From a virus: a DNA stretch of 43,233 nucleotides. How positions within the stretch are numbered: the stretch's first letter is position 1; every line of letters starts with the position of its first letter. Under the pieces are notes generated by a model, which saw only the letters and a list, made by a program, of their open reading frames with translations, was not told the DNA's origin and ran no database searches. This document shows positions 1 to 8,357 of this stretch, in pieces. The translations under genes and the position numbers were made by a program. The stretch lies in the IMG/VR virus record IMGVR_UViG_3300042114_000008. The stretch is one strand, 5' to 3'.

Positions 1-120
1 CAGTTGTTTCTGCAGGTTTTTGTGCAGTTGTTTCTGCAGGTTTTTGTGCAGTTGTTTCTGCAGGTTTTTGTGCAGTTGTTTCTGCAGGTTTTTGTGCAGT
101 TGTTTCTGCAGGTTTTTGTG
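1..120 (-). repeat. Five perfect tandem copies of a 24-nt unit (CAGTTGTTTCTGCAGGTTTTTGTG on + strand). The same array occurs at 43110..43229.
   Basis: Direct reading: units at 1-24, 25-48, 49-72, 73-96 and 97-120 are identical. On the minus strand each unit encodes AQKPAETT in the frame of the flanking gene. Confidence 0.95.
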
Positions 121-136
121 TTACTTCTTGTGACAT
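1..136 (-). CDS. 5' part of a gene cut by the window boundary (MSQEVT followed by QKPAETTA repeats). It continues at 43233..42838.
   Basis: ATG at 136-134 is preceded by TAAGGAAT (RBS). The frame stays open through the repeats to position 1. The same frame at the other window end runs into the 75-aa ORF 42838..43065. Confidence 0.7.
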   Translation of the reverse strand, partial: MSQEVTQKPAETTAQKPAETTAQKPAETTAQKPAETTAQKPAETT

Positions 137-157
137 ATTTATTCCTTATGTATTAGT

Positions 158-192
158 TTAAAATAAAAGGACTAGTTATTACACTAGCCCTT
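158..192 (-). terminator. Intrinsic terminator downstream of the major capsid gene
   Basis: Minus strand reads AAGGGCTAGT-GTAATA-ACTAGTCCTT, a 10-bp stem with one G.U pair, followed by TTATTTTAA. It lies just after the capsid stop codon (210-212). Confidence 0.6.
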
Positions 193-209
193 ATTGTTTA
201 TACTACAGA

Positions 210-1256
210 TTAGTTACCTGAAGTATAGTCGTTGTAATGTTTAACAGTTACAACAGCATCAGCAGCGATGTGCTCTAATCTTACAATCCAAGCTTGATTT
301 AAGATTGTACAACCAACAATTGCTTTCCATCCAATAGTACCAACTTGGTCAAGTGGGTCATTAGAACCAGCAGAACCAATAGGTTTAACGATTGTTTGAA
401 TACCTTGTTTACCTCTTACAGTAGTTGTTGCATAAGCATCAGCTCCAAAGATAAGAGTTTGTTCTACAATGTTTTCACCAGTAGCATCTACAGTACCATT
501 GTCAAGAGTAATAATTCCCTCGTCATTGTTAGACTCAATGAATCTTACATCCATTAATCTACCAACTTCATTGTCGTGAAGCTTAGCACCAGAATTAGCG
601 TAATCTTCCATATCTTGCCAACCATCTAATCCTCTTAAAGATTCAGTTGTATAGATAGAACATACACCAACATAAGCACTTCTTACAGGCTTAGTACCAA
701 TTTTATTAGTACCATCAATCATCATTCCTATTTTCTTAGCACCTTGAGCTTTTAACTTAAGGATAGCTTTTTTAACATCAGCTTTAGTAATGTCTTTAGA
801 ACCTGTAATTACAGCTTCTCTTGAAATTGCACCACCACAGAAAACAACATTTGTTCCACCTCTAAGTGCATTTCTTTTTACGGCTTCCATAGATTGAGAA
901 GCGTGGTCACCCATAACATTTAAGAAATCACTTTGAATCTTTCTGAAATCATATAAATCTAATTCATCAGTATATGTTACATAATCTCCATAGTGAGCAA
1001 CTTCATACTCAACCTCTTCTCTTACAATAGTTCTAGCTTGTTTAACAGTACCGTTATACTCAGCAAGAGGAGTAGTTGTTGGTAAGATATTTTTATATCT
1101 AATTGCAAAACCTTTCTTTGTATTGCTATTTGCAGGGATAGATTTAGTTTGTGCATACTTATCCCAGATAAGCATAGGTACAATTCTTTCTAGCAATGTT
1201 TGGTCATAAACCGCTAGTACTTTAGGTGATACGAAACCAGCTCTTGTGTTTGGCAT
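210..1256 (-). CDS. Major capsid protein (HK97-fold class, probably N4 gp56-type)
   Basis: 348 aa with an AAGGAT RBS. It is the last gene of a portal-scaffold-capsid triplet and is followed by a strong terminator. Size and the C-terminal DPLDQVGTIGWK...ILNQAWIVRLE region resemble podoviral major capsid proteins. Confidence 0.75.
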   Translation of the reverse strand: MPNTRAGFVSPKVLAVYDQTLLERIVPMLIWDKYAQTKSIPANSNTKKGFAIRYKNILPTTTPLAEYNGTVKQARTIVREEVEYEVAHYGDYVTYTDELDLYDFRKIQSDFLNVMGDHASQSMEAVKRNALRGGTNVVFCGGAISREAVITGSKDITKADVKKAILKLKAQGAKKIGMMIDGTNKIGTKPVRSAYVGVCSIYTTESLRGLDGWQDMEDYANSGAKLHDNEVGRLMDVRFIESNNDEGIITLDNGTVDATGENIVEQTLIFGADAYATTTVRGKQGIQTIVKPIGSAGSNDPLDQVGTIGWKAIVGCTILNQAWIVRLEHIAADAVVTVKHYNDYTSGN

Positions 1257-1310
1257 ATTTAATCCTTGTGTGAAAATAAAATTAGTTTTATGTCATTTCG
1301 GACATAGAGA

Positions 1311-2261
1311 CTATTCGGCGTCTCTAAAATCCATATCCATCAATTCTGAAGCAGACATATTCCATATATCATCAACACTTAAATCTGAAGCTTTTTTAGA
1401 AGTGTTATCTCCACCACCACCAGCACCAGCTTTAGCCCTTAACTCTTGCTCTCTAGGATTTACCTGTCGTTGTTGAGTTGCAGAAACTTGCTTTTGTTGA
1501 GGTGCTTGAGATTGTTGTTGTTGTCCAGCGTACATTTTAGCTCCTACTGCGTTGTAATGTTCTAAGAAACTACCACCTACAGTGTGAGTTAATTTTAAAG
1601 CTTCAGCAATTACTGGCTGAGCTAAACCATCTTTTACTTGTTTTGTAAAAGCTCTATAATCATTAACATTAGTACCAACTACATCTATAAATTCTTTAGG
1701 TAAAGATGGTACTATTCTTGCTAATTCACTAGACAACTCAGCGTCTTTTTGAACTTCAAATGCAGCAATATCTAAATCAGAGTATTCAACTAAGCTTGAA
1801 GCTGGAGTATAATCTCCACTGAATTCTTCAACATCAAGTAAATCTACTTTAGCATCAGTTACTAACTTTTTAATAGCAGATATATTACCAGCTTTTAAAT
1901 CTTTAAGAAGCAATAGGTCTTCTTTTGAAATACCATTTGAATCTAATAAGTCAGGCTTATTAGCAGTAGTATTCTTAAAGTAAGTAGCTAATTCTTCTTT
2001 AGTGTCAAACTTTAATTCAATACCATTAACCTCAACAATTACATGGTCAGTTGATTGTGCTTGTTGATTTTCATTACCAGCTGATTGTCCTTCTTTGGAA
2101 GTCGTTTCTTGATTTGTGTTAACAGTGATATTGTCTTGAGTTTTAGGTAACTCATCATTTCCTGAATTGTTAATAGGGTTGCTATCATTGTTATCTCCTG
2201 TATTTTTATCGGCTTCAGCTTCAGCTATAAGCTTTTCTAGTTCGTTCTCAATTTCATCCAT
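1311..2261 (-). CDS. Scaffolding protein (putative)
   Basis: 316 aa, acidic and Q/N-rich with low-complexity and helical character. It sits between the portal and capsid genes and overlaps the portal stop by 8 nt. Confidence 0.55.
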   Translation of the reverse strand: MDEIENELEKLIAEAEADKNTGDNNDSNPINNSGNDELPKTQDNITVNTNQETTSKEGQSAGNENQQAQSTDHVIVEVNGIELKFDTKEELATYFKNTTANKPDLLDSNGISKEDLLLLKDLKAGNISAIKKLVTDAKVDLLDVEEFSGDYTPASSLVEYSDLDIAAFEVQKDAELSSELARIVPSLPKEFIDVVGTNVNDYRAFTKQVKDGLAQPVIAEALKLTHTVGGSFLEHYNAVGAKMYAGQQQQSQAPQQKQVSATQQRQVNPREQELRAKAGAGGGGDNTSKKASDLSVDDIWNMSASELMDMDFRDAE

Positions 2262-4296
2262 TAATATCTCCTCTTGCTATTTTAGCTAATTTTTCTTGCA
2301 TATCCATATACGATTCTCCAGGTCTAAGACTAGACTCTACTTGATGAGCTTCAGTTTTTGCTTTCTTCTCTTCGCTTTGTGCAAACTTGTATTGACTATC
2401 TGCATTAACTTTAATACCATCTAGTTGAGCTCTATTGGCAGCAACCATTGCAGCACTATTCATCTTGTTAATTTCAGCATACTCACGTTCAAGTTTAGCT
2501 TGAGCCATTTGCATATTAAGCTCAACCATTTTCTCTTGCATTGGATTAGGTTGTTCTTTATAAGTTCTAAGTTTAGTTGCATCTTCATACATATCAAACA
2601 AATCAAACATTTGAGCAACTAAAGCTTTTATTGCTTCTGGAGGAACTTCGTTATCTCCAAGTGCTTTTGTTTGTTGCATTAACATATTAAGTTGTTGTAG
2701 TTTCTGCATCTTGGCGACATCAGTTCCTACAGTAACTATAATACTTGCTTTGTTCATATCTTTAAATGCGTTCAAGTCATAGAACTTCTCAGCCATTACT
2801 TCTTCTGTATCATCTTTATCTCCGTTGCTATCAGTAGCAAACAATTCAATTATCTGTTCATCATCAAGAAATACCTCAGCCATTACTAACCACTCTTTAA
2901 ACATTCTAGATAGTAATCCAGAGATGTTTCTAACAAGTGCAGACATCTTTTGTTGAGACATCGTAAGACCATTTCCATTTGATTTGCTTATGTTATCCTG
3001 AGTTAAAGCAGGAGACATAGCAGTAATACCTGACATTTGATCAGTCTCATTACTAACCATTTGTAACATATTGAATACAGAATTTGGAATTGAATTGTAT
3101 TGACCGTCTGTAATACCGTCAGGTCTATTAACCATTATATAACGATTTCTATTCTTAAGCCTAGTAAACTCTGTAAAGTCTAAAGCTCCTCTTTGAATAA
3201 ACTTTTGACCATTGTTTGCCAATGCTAAGTTATCAAGAATACCTTTAGTTATACCATTCTTAACATTCTGATTTTCAGAAAGAAAGAATGCCACAGATTT
3301 ACCCCATAAGCTAGTTGCTCGTTTAGAGTAGTTTACTTTATCGTATGGTATTTTACCAGATGGATATGGATTATCCATAACATCTATCAGATGGTCAAAG
3401 TCCTCAACCCAATATGCTACTATTGGTATTGATTTACCGTCACTATTAAGGTCATAAAATCCCCAGTAACTAATAAATTTAACTTTCTTTCTACCAAGAT
3501 TTGAACTTGTCTTGTTTAAGTCTACTCCATATTCTAAAGAAGCAGAATCTCTTACAGACTCAAGCACACTACTTGAACTAAATCCATTAGTATTACCATT
3601 GTTGATTTTAGTCTTTAATTCTGATAATTGTTCTTTAGAAAATAATCCCATTTCAACAATGTCATAGTAAGTCTTATATTCTTTCTCTATGAAGAATTTC
3701 ATCTCTTCCATAGTTCTTGCAGTATTATCTGGAAAACAGTTCTCGTTTCTACATACTCTTGCAGTAGGATGATTAGCGATAGTTAATGTTTTGACATATT
3801 CAACATCAAACATACTATTTTCTAATTCCTTGATATAGACAGGGTTTCTGTCGTCTGCAAGTATAGCTTCCATTGGAAGTGTTTTCCGTTCTTTGATATT
3901 CCTCTGTTTGTAATTCCATCCAGTTCTAATCCAAGTAGTACCTTCTCTTAGAGCAGTATCAACTAAATCTTCAATGAAATCTTCACGATTGAAGTCTCCA
4001 GAGAATGTATTATTTAACCAAGACTCAACTTTATCAGGATATCTTAGTCCACGAATATGTCCAAGCTTTGCAGGATTATTAGTTGATAGGAAAGGCTCAG
4101 TTATATTAGGCTTTTGCATCTCTATAATCTTAGCTATTTCCTTAACAAGTAATCTCTTGTTTGGAGCTTGCTTATCTACTCCTTCGTATGCGTCATTCCA
4201 TCTTGATATCAAGGTGTCAATGTTAGCCTTTGAGCTTTTAGCATTCTCATAATCTTTACTTAAGTCTTTATAGACCTTTTCTTTATCATATGCCAT
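2254..4296 (-). CDS. Portal protein (putative)
   Basis: 680 aa, lying immediately upstream of the scaffold and capsid genes as in T7 gp8-gp9-gp10. No other ORF of portal size is present in the head module. Confidence 0.65.
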   Translation of the reverse strand: MAYDKEKVYKDLSKDYENAKSSKANIDTLISRWNDAYEGVDKQAPNKRLLVKEIAKIIEMQKPNITEPFLSTNNPAKLGHIRGLRYPDKVESWLNNTFSGDFNREDFIEDLVDTALREGTTWIRTGWNYKQRNIKERKTLPMEAILADDRNPVYIKELENSMFDVEYVKTLTIANHPTARVCRNENCFPDNTARTMEEMKFFIEKEYKTYYDIVEMGLFSKEQLSELKTKINNGNTNGFSSSSVLESVRDSASLEYGVDLNKTSSNLGRKKVKFISYWGFYDLNSDGKSIPIVAYWVEDFDHLIDVMDNPYPSGKIPYDKVNYSKRATSLWGKSVAFFLSENQNVKNGITKGILDNLALANNGQKFIQRGALDFTEFTRLKNRNRYIMVNRPDGITDGQYNSIPNSVFNMLQMVSNETDQMSGITAMSPALTQDNISKSNGNGLTMSQQKMSALVRNISGLLSRMFKEWLVMAEVFLDDEQIIELFATDSNGDKDDTEEVMAEKFYDLNAFKDMNKASIIVTVGTDVAKMQKLQQLNMLMQQTKALGDNEVPPEAIKALVAQMFDLFDMYEDATKLRTYKEQPNPMQEKMVELNMQMAQAKLEREYAEINKMNSAAMVAANRAQLDGIKVNADSQYKFAQSEEKKAKTEAHQVESSLRPGESYMDMQEKLAKIARGDING

Positions 4297-4297
4297 A

Positions 4298-4858
4298 TTA
4301 CGCCTCGTATGTAGGAGCTACATATTCTGGAAGAGTAGGAATAAGAACAAGTGCAGAACCAGTTTCATATGGAGATAAAGCATCTATGTTAGTATTTAGT
4401 TCTGAAACTAAACCAGCAGCAGTACTTGATCCAGAGTTAACTGCAAACGCAGTAACATTAGCTTTGTACTCTGCTTTCTTAACTTTAAGACCATCATCCA
4501 TACTATACATATCTCTCTTGACTTGAGCTTGTTTAATTAACTCAGAGTTAGTTTGTTCGTGTATTAATTTTAATTGTCTATCAACAAGAAATTTCTTACC
4601 TTGCACAGCTTCACTATTTACTTGACTATTTAATGCTTCAAGAGTTAATTTAGTTACGGCATCAACATCTACTGCATATGCATTAGAATGAAACTGTACT
4701 AATGCTGTAGCTATTTGCTCATTACTTAATCCAAAAGTTTTAAAGCTCTTGTTAAGTTCTTCAACTCTACTCTTAGACATTGACGCAGATTGATTAACTA
4801 CAGTTATTGCATTAGCATCAAACTCTGTCTTTAAATGTACGTTCGTAAATTTTGTCAT
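4298..4858 (-). CDS. Hypothetical protein of the structural module
   Basis: 186-aa ORF whose stop lies 1 nt before the portal start. No motif recognised. Confidence 0.5.
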   Translation of the reverse strand: MTKFTNVHLKTEFDANAITVVNQSASMSKSRVEELNKSFKTFGLSNEQIATALVQFHSNAYAVDVDAVTKLTLEALNSQVNSEAVQGKKFLVDRQLKLIHEQTNSELIKQAQVKRDMYSMDDGLKVKKAEYKANVTAFAVNSGSSTAAGLVSELNTNIDALSPYETGSALVLIPTLPEYVAPTYEA

Positions 4859-6824
4859 ATTTCTCCTTTCGTTTTTGTTCTTTTAAATCATATTGTTGTG
4901 CAAACATCTTGTCGTAGTTTGCTCCAATCTTATAATTCTTATATTTTAATGTTAAGTCTTTACGCTTAGCATCTTCGTCCATTTCTTTTTGCTTAGCTTC
5001 ATAAGCAGCTTCAAATAATGCTTGTTCTTCATCCTCATCTTCTGCTTTAAATTCTAAGTCTAATGACATAGCTTGAAATCCAGAACCTACTAACAGTGCA
5101 GTACTAGATATATATCCTTTTACAGTAGGAGTTAAGTAATATACTCCATCAATTAATTGTGAAGTAAAGCTACCATTTTGTACAGATTTTGCAGCAACTG
5201 TAGCATCAGTAGTAGTAGTTGCGAAGAATCCTTTCCAAGCTAAGTACGCAGCAAATACAATTATAATTGCACGCATAATCCTTTGCTCGTTTTTACCTCC
5301 AATACCAAAAGTTAACAATATTGATAATGTCCATATTGTAACAGTAGCTATAGCAGTCATCTCTCCAGCGTATGCGGCAAGAAATTCTGCAGCATCAGGA
5401 CGCATTAAAAATATAGCAACAACTGCTAATATCATAACTACTGTAGCATCAGAAGAACAAGGTACAGTGTAGTTTGTCTTTACTCCAAGGAATAAAAATA
5501 AAACTATAATCTTTAATTGATTACCAGCAGAATTAAATCTAGAATAATTTAATCTATATTCAAATACATTAAATGATATTGTATCTACATCTACAGTATA
5601 GCTTCCAGGATAAGTTTCACTTAAATCAAATAGTGCTACAATATCAGAAAAATTAACTTGTTTTATATACGATGATATACTAGCTTCTAGTTTATTCTTA
5701 TCAAATGTTTCTTGAAGCTTATCTAAATGTGTGTATCCAGATTGTAATGAAGCTTTAGCAGCATTAGAACTATCAGATGTTGTAGCATATCCAAAACCAA
5801 GTTTTACACTATTGAATACTCCAGGATATTCACTAAATGAAGAATCAAATGAACTCTTAAGATTAAAGAAGTCAACTATTTCTACATCTGTAGATGGAGT
5901 ATATGCTGGAAGCGCATTATACTCTGCAAGTTCAGCGTCAAGTTTAGACTTAGTTTCTTGTAGCCATTCATATAAGTGGTCTGCAGAAGTTACTATTCCT
6001 AATGGTTGAGCATTAGTATATGGAGCTGGCTCAGTATCATCATATTTCCAAAACTGATAATCTTTACAAAACTCATTAATAAGATAGCTGAAGTAACTTC
6101 CAGAAGGATTCCATAATGGACTATCTATTGGAAGTATTTGATTATTGTAATAATAATTGTCAACTATATATGTAGAGTATGGATGTTTATTTTCTCCAAT
6201 GTATGTAAAATATTGAGTACCATAACTATTAGTATAAGATTCCCCATTGATTCCAAGCTTTCCATAATATTCAAAAGTTCCATCAGTATTATTTCCAGCC
6301 CATTCGTTTGTGTCTATATAATACTTAATTGCGTGATTAGGATAATATGGAACAGTCCTAATTAAACCTCTTCCATTTTCATTATCATATAGAACAATAT
6401 TATTGTTAGTAAGTATTGGATTAATATAAGATGGAGTATTGTCATACTTTCCGCCAAATCTAAGCATACTTGATGATGTTTGGTCTACTGTACTTCCAAG
6501 TATTACACCAGTAGATATATGCATATCAGCTATTGAAGCATTAAGAACATACTTATCTCCATCAAAATGAGTTCCAAACTGAATATATAGATAGTTATGA
6601 TAACAAGATAAAGCTACTTGAACTTTACTAGAATATGAAGTACTATCAAATTTAGACCTTTTAACATCATTAACAAGTATATCAGTAAAAGGATTAAGTC
6701 TATTTCCTGAAGCATAAGAATAAGAACTTCCAGAATATGTATCATATACTTTAATATTATCCATAAACAAATTATAGTTTGTAGTAAACTCAGATATATA
6801 AGCTAGTCTTTCAACTCTGGTCAT
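4818..6824 (-). CDS. Large structural-module protein with an internal cluster of about 4 transmembrane helices and a charged C-terminal tail. Candidate ejection or tail-associated membrane protein.
   Basis: 668 aa. The N-terminal roughly 430 aa are rich in Y/N/S/T. Hydrophobic segments follow: LKIIVLFLFLGV, ATVVMILAVVAIFLM, MTAIATVTIWTLSILLTFGIGG and IMRAIIIVFAAYLAWKGFFA. The tail is K/E/D-rich. Confidence 0.5.
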   Translation of the reverse strand: MTRVERLAYISEFTTNYNLFMDNIKVYDTYSGSSYSYASGNRLNPFTDILVNDVKRSKFDSTSYSSKVQVALSCYHNYLYIQFGTHFDGDKYVLNASIADMHISTGVILGSTVDQTSSSMLRFGGKYDNTPSYINPILTNNNIVLYDNENGRGLIRTVPYYPNHAIKYYIDTNEWAGNNTDGTFEYYGKLGINGESYTNSYGTQYFTYIGENKHPYSTYIVDNYYYNNQILPIDSPLWNPSGSYFSYLINEFCKDYQFWKYDDTEPAPYTNAQPLGIVTSADHLYEWLQETKSKLDAELAEYNALPAYTPSTDVEIVDFFNLKSSFDSSFSEYPGVFNSVKLGFGYATTSDSSNAAKASLQSGYTHLDKLQETFDKNKLEASISSYIKQVNFSDIVALFDLSETYPGSYTVDVDTISFNVFEYRLNYSRFNSAGNQLKIIVLFLFLGVKTNYTVPCSSDATVVMILAVVAIFLMRPDAAEFLAAYAGEMTAIATVTIWTLSILLTFGIGGKNEQRIMRAIIIVFAAYLAWKGFFATTTTDATVAAKSVQNGSFTSQLIDGVYYLTPTVKGYISSTALLVGSGFQAMSLDLEFKAEDEDEEQALFEAAYEAKQKEMDEDAKRKDLTLKYKNYKIGANYDKMFAQQYDLKEQKRKEKYDKIYERTFKDRV

Positions 6825-7182
6825 CTAATGCTCCAATCATACGATTTAGACTAATAAATGAAGCACGAATTTGTTTTTTGTATAGCTCATACTTTTCCCA
6901 GTCTTTATTCTTAGCTGCATTCTTAAGGTTTATCCAACCTCGCTTAAAGTCTGCTCTAGCCCAATGTGCCTCTAAGAATATCTTAGCAATTTTATCCTCT
7001 GGTTTAGTATCAGTAAATACTTCTCCTTTTGCTAGTCTTTCTCTAGCTAATTTAATATTATTATTAAATTCAATAGTATCAAAACCTGGATTTGAAATTC
7101 TACTAAACTTAGTAAAATCAAATGGTTCTGAAGATTCATCAACAAGGGTCTGACACCCAATCTGTAAAGTCGTTCCAGGCAT
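6811..7182 (-). CDS. Hypothetical protein
   Basis: 123-aa ORF in the structural module. It overlaps its neighbours by 44 and 14 nt. Confidence 0.45.
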   Translation of the reverse strand: MPGTTLQIGCQTLVDESSEPFDFTKFSRISNPGFDTIEFNNNIKLARERLAKGEVFTDTKPEDKIAKIFLEAHWARADFKRGWINLKNAAKNKDWEKYELYKKQIRASFISLNRMIGALDDQS

Positions 7183-7594
7183 CTTTTAATCCATCCTCTA
7201 TTGGTTTTAGTACTTCATCTTCAAAAGGTGAAAGTAATTCATCTTGGAATACTTCCCATACTCCACCAGCTTCTTCCCATCCTGGAATTGTGTCATCAAG
7301 AAATTCGTCAACATTTTCAACTGTTCTATCAAGTTCTTCCCTGATTTGAACAAGTACCATATGTATTTCACGAATAATCTTGTCACCTAAACATATAGGC
7401 TTTTTACTTCCATAGTTCTCGCGAATGTATGGCAACATTTCAACTTCTCCTACTAGTCCATTGTCATTGCCAAATTTAGCTATAACACTTCCAAGTTCTC
7501 TTGATAATGGAGCTATAGCCATTTGTTCTGCAATAACACAAGTCTTTGCATTATCCATAAAAGACTTATTGAAGTCCCAATAAGCTATTGTCAT
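7139..7594 (-). CDS. Hypothetical protein
   Basis: 151-aa acidic ORF. Its start lies 3 nt after the stop of the micro-lipoprotein ORF. Confidence 0.5.
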   Translation of the reverse strand: MTIAYWDFNKSFMDNAKTCVIAEQMAIAPLSRELGSVIAKFGNDNGLVGEVEMLPYIRENYGSKKPICLGDKIIREIHMVLVQIREELDRTVENVDEFLDDTIPGWEEAGGVWEVFQDELLSPFEDEVLKPIEDGLKDAWNDFTDWVSDPC

Positions 7595-7596
7595 AA

Positions 7597-7716
7597 CTAT
7601 TTCTCACAAAAGATTTTATCGCCTACTTTAGTTGGAGTTTTACATTCAACAAGTACAGTTGAAAAGCATCCACTAAACATTAAACTAATTCCTACTATTA
7701 TTAAAACTTTTCTCAT
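7597..7716 (-). CDS. 39-aa lipoprotein (not in the ORF track)
   Basis: Translation: MRKVLIIVGISLMFSGCFSTVLVECKTPTKVGDKIFCEK. It has a classic signal peptide plus lipobox (MFSG|C). An AAGGATAAAGT RBS precedes the ATG at 7716-7714, and the TAG stop is at 7597-7599. It fits exactly between the two flanking ORFs. Confidence 0.6.
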   Translation of the reverse strand: MRKVLIIVGISLMFSGCFSTVLVECKTPTKVGDKIFCEK

Positions 7717-7719
7717 ACT

Positions 7720-7932
7720 TTATCCTTTTTTATTTTTATTCCAGAAGTACAATCCAAATAATCGTACACCAGCATACATTATATATGCAACTGCTTTACA
7801 TCTTTCTTTAACACAAGATAGAAGCATTTTATCGGCTTCTAGTCTTGTTATTTTTTGTCTAACATAATTCAAGTCGTGAACATAGCAACAATCTTTCCAT
7901 ATACAATCAGGAAAGAGAGTACAGCTATTCAT
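7720..7932 (-). CDS. Small Cys-rich protein with a DUF1353 / phospholipase-A2-like HD...D motif
   Basis: 70 aa. CCYVHDLNY...TRLEADKML...YIMYAGVRLFG matches my recollection of the DUF1353 pattern HDxxY..(S/T)RxEAD..Y.aVRxFG. It also recalls the PLA2 CCxxHD catalytic motif. Confidence 0.4.
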   Translation of the reverse strand: MNSCTLFPDCIWKDCCYVHDLNYVRQKITRLEADKMLLSCVKERCKAVAYIMYAGVRLFGLYFWNKNKKG

Positions 7933-8357
7933 AGCTTACTACCCTCTATAAACATAATATCTAATTCTTCTTCTGTTAGATTTAAAGCTATACCTGCATT
8001 AACTATATGCTCATTACCTCTTTTAATATCTAACGAATACTCCCACCATATTTGCATAGCTCTATCAGTTGATAACATAGCTTCTATATCATCAAGTAAA
8101 CCATACTGTAATAGTATTAGTCTGGCTTGTCTAGGAGTTAATATCATACTCATTCTAGCTTCTAACTCATTAGCTTCTTGTTCTGCTTGTATAGCTTCTA
8201 AATCAGGTGTACCATCAGTATTATATTTACTAAATGGAATTCCCTCTTCTTGTGTTATACACTCTACCCAATCAGATTCAATAAGGAACTCTTGTCCTTG
8301 CTCTATTCCGAATAACTCTTTGTTTGTGTTTATGTAGTATTTCATATTATTCTCCAT
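7929..8357 (-). CDS. Hypothetical protein downstream of the tail fibre genes (possible fibre-associated or assembly protein)
   Basis: 142-aa ORF that overlaps its neighbours by 1-4 nt. The suggestion rests on position only. Confidence 0.3.
   Translation of the reverse strand: MENNMKYYINTNKELFGIEQGQEFLIESDWVECITQEEGIPFSKYNTDGTPDLEAIQAEQEANELEARMSMILTPRQARLILLQYGLLDDIEAMLSTDRAMQIWWEYSLDIKRGNEHIVNAGIALNLTEEELDIMFIEGSKL

Noticed and set aside
1-120. The 24-nt repeat arrays at both window ends as a possible CRISPR array.
   Set aside because: The units are directly adjacent with no spacers. They are in frame within a coding sequence, and no cas genes are present.
7139-7182. The 44-nt and 41-nt gene overlaps (7139-7182 and 4818-4858) as programmed frameshift sites.
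   Set aside because: In both cases the downstream frame is +1 relative to the upstream frame, and no slippery heptamer or stimulatory structure is evident. Ordinary overlapping genes are more likely.
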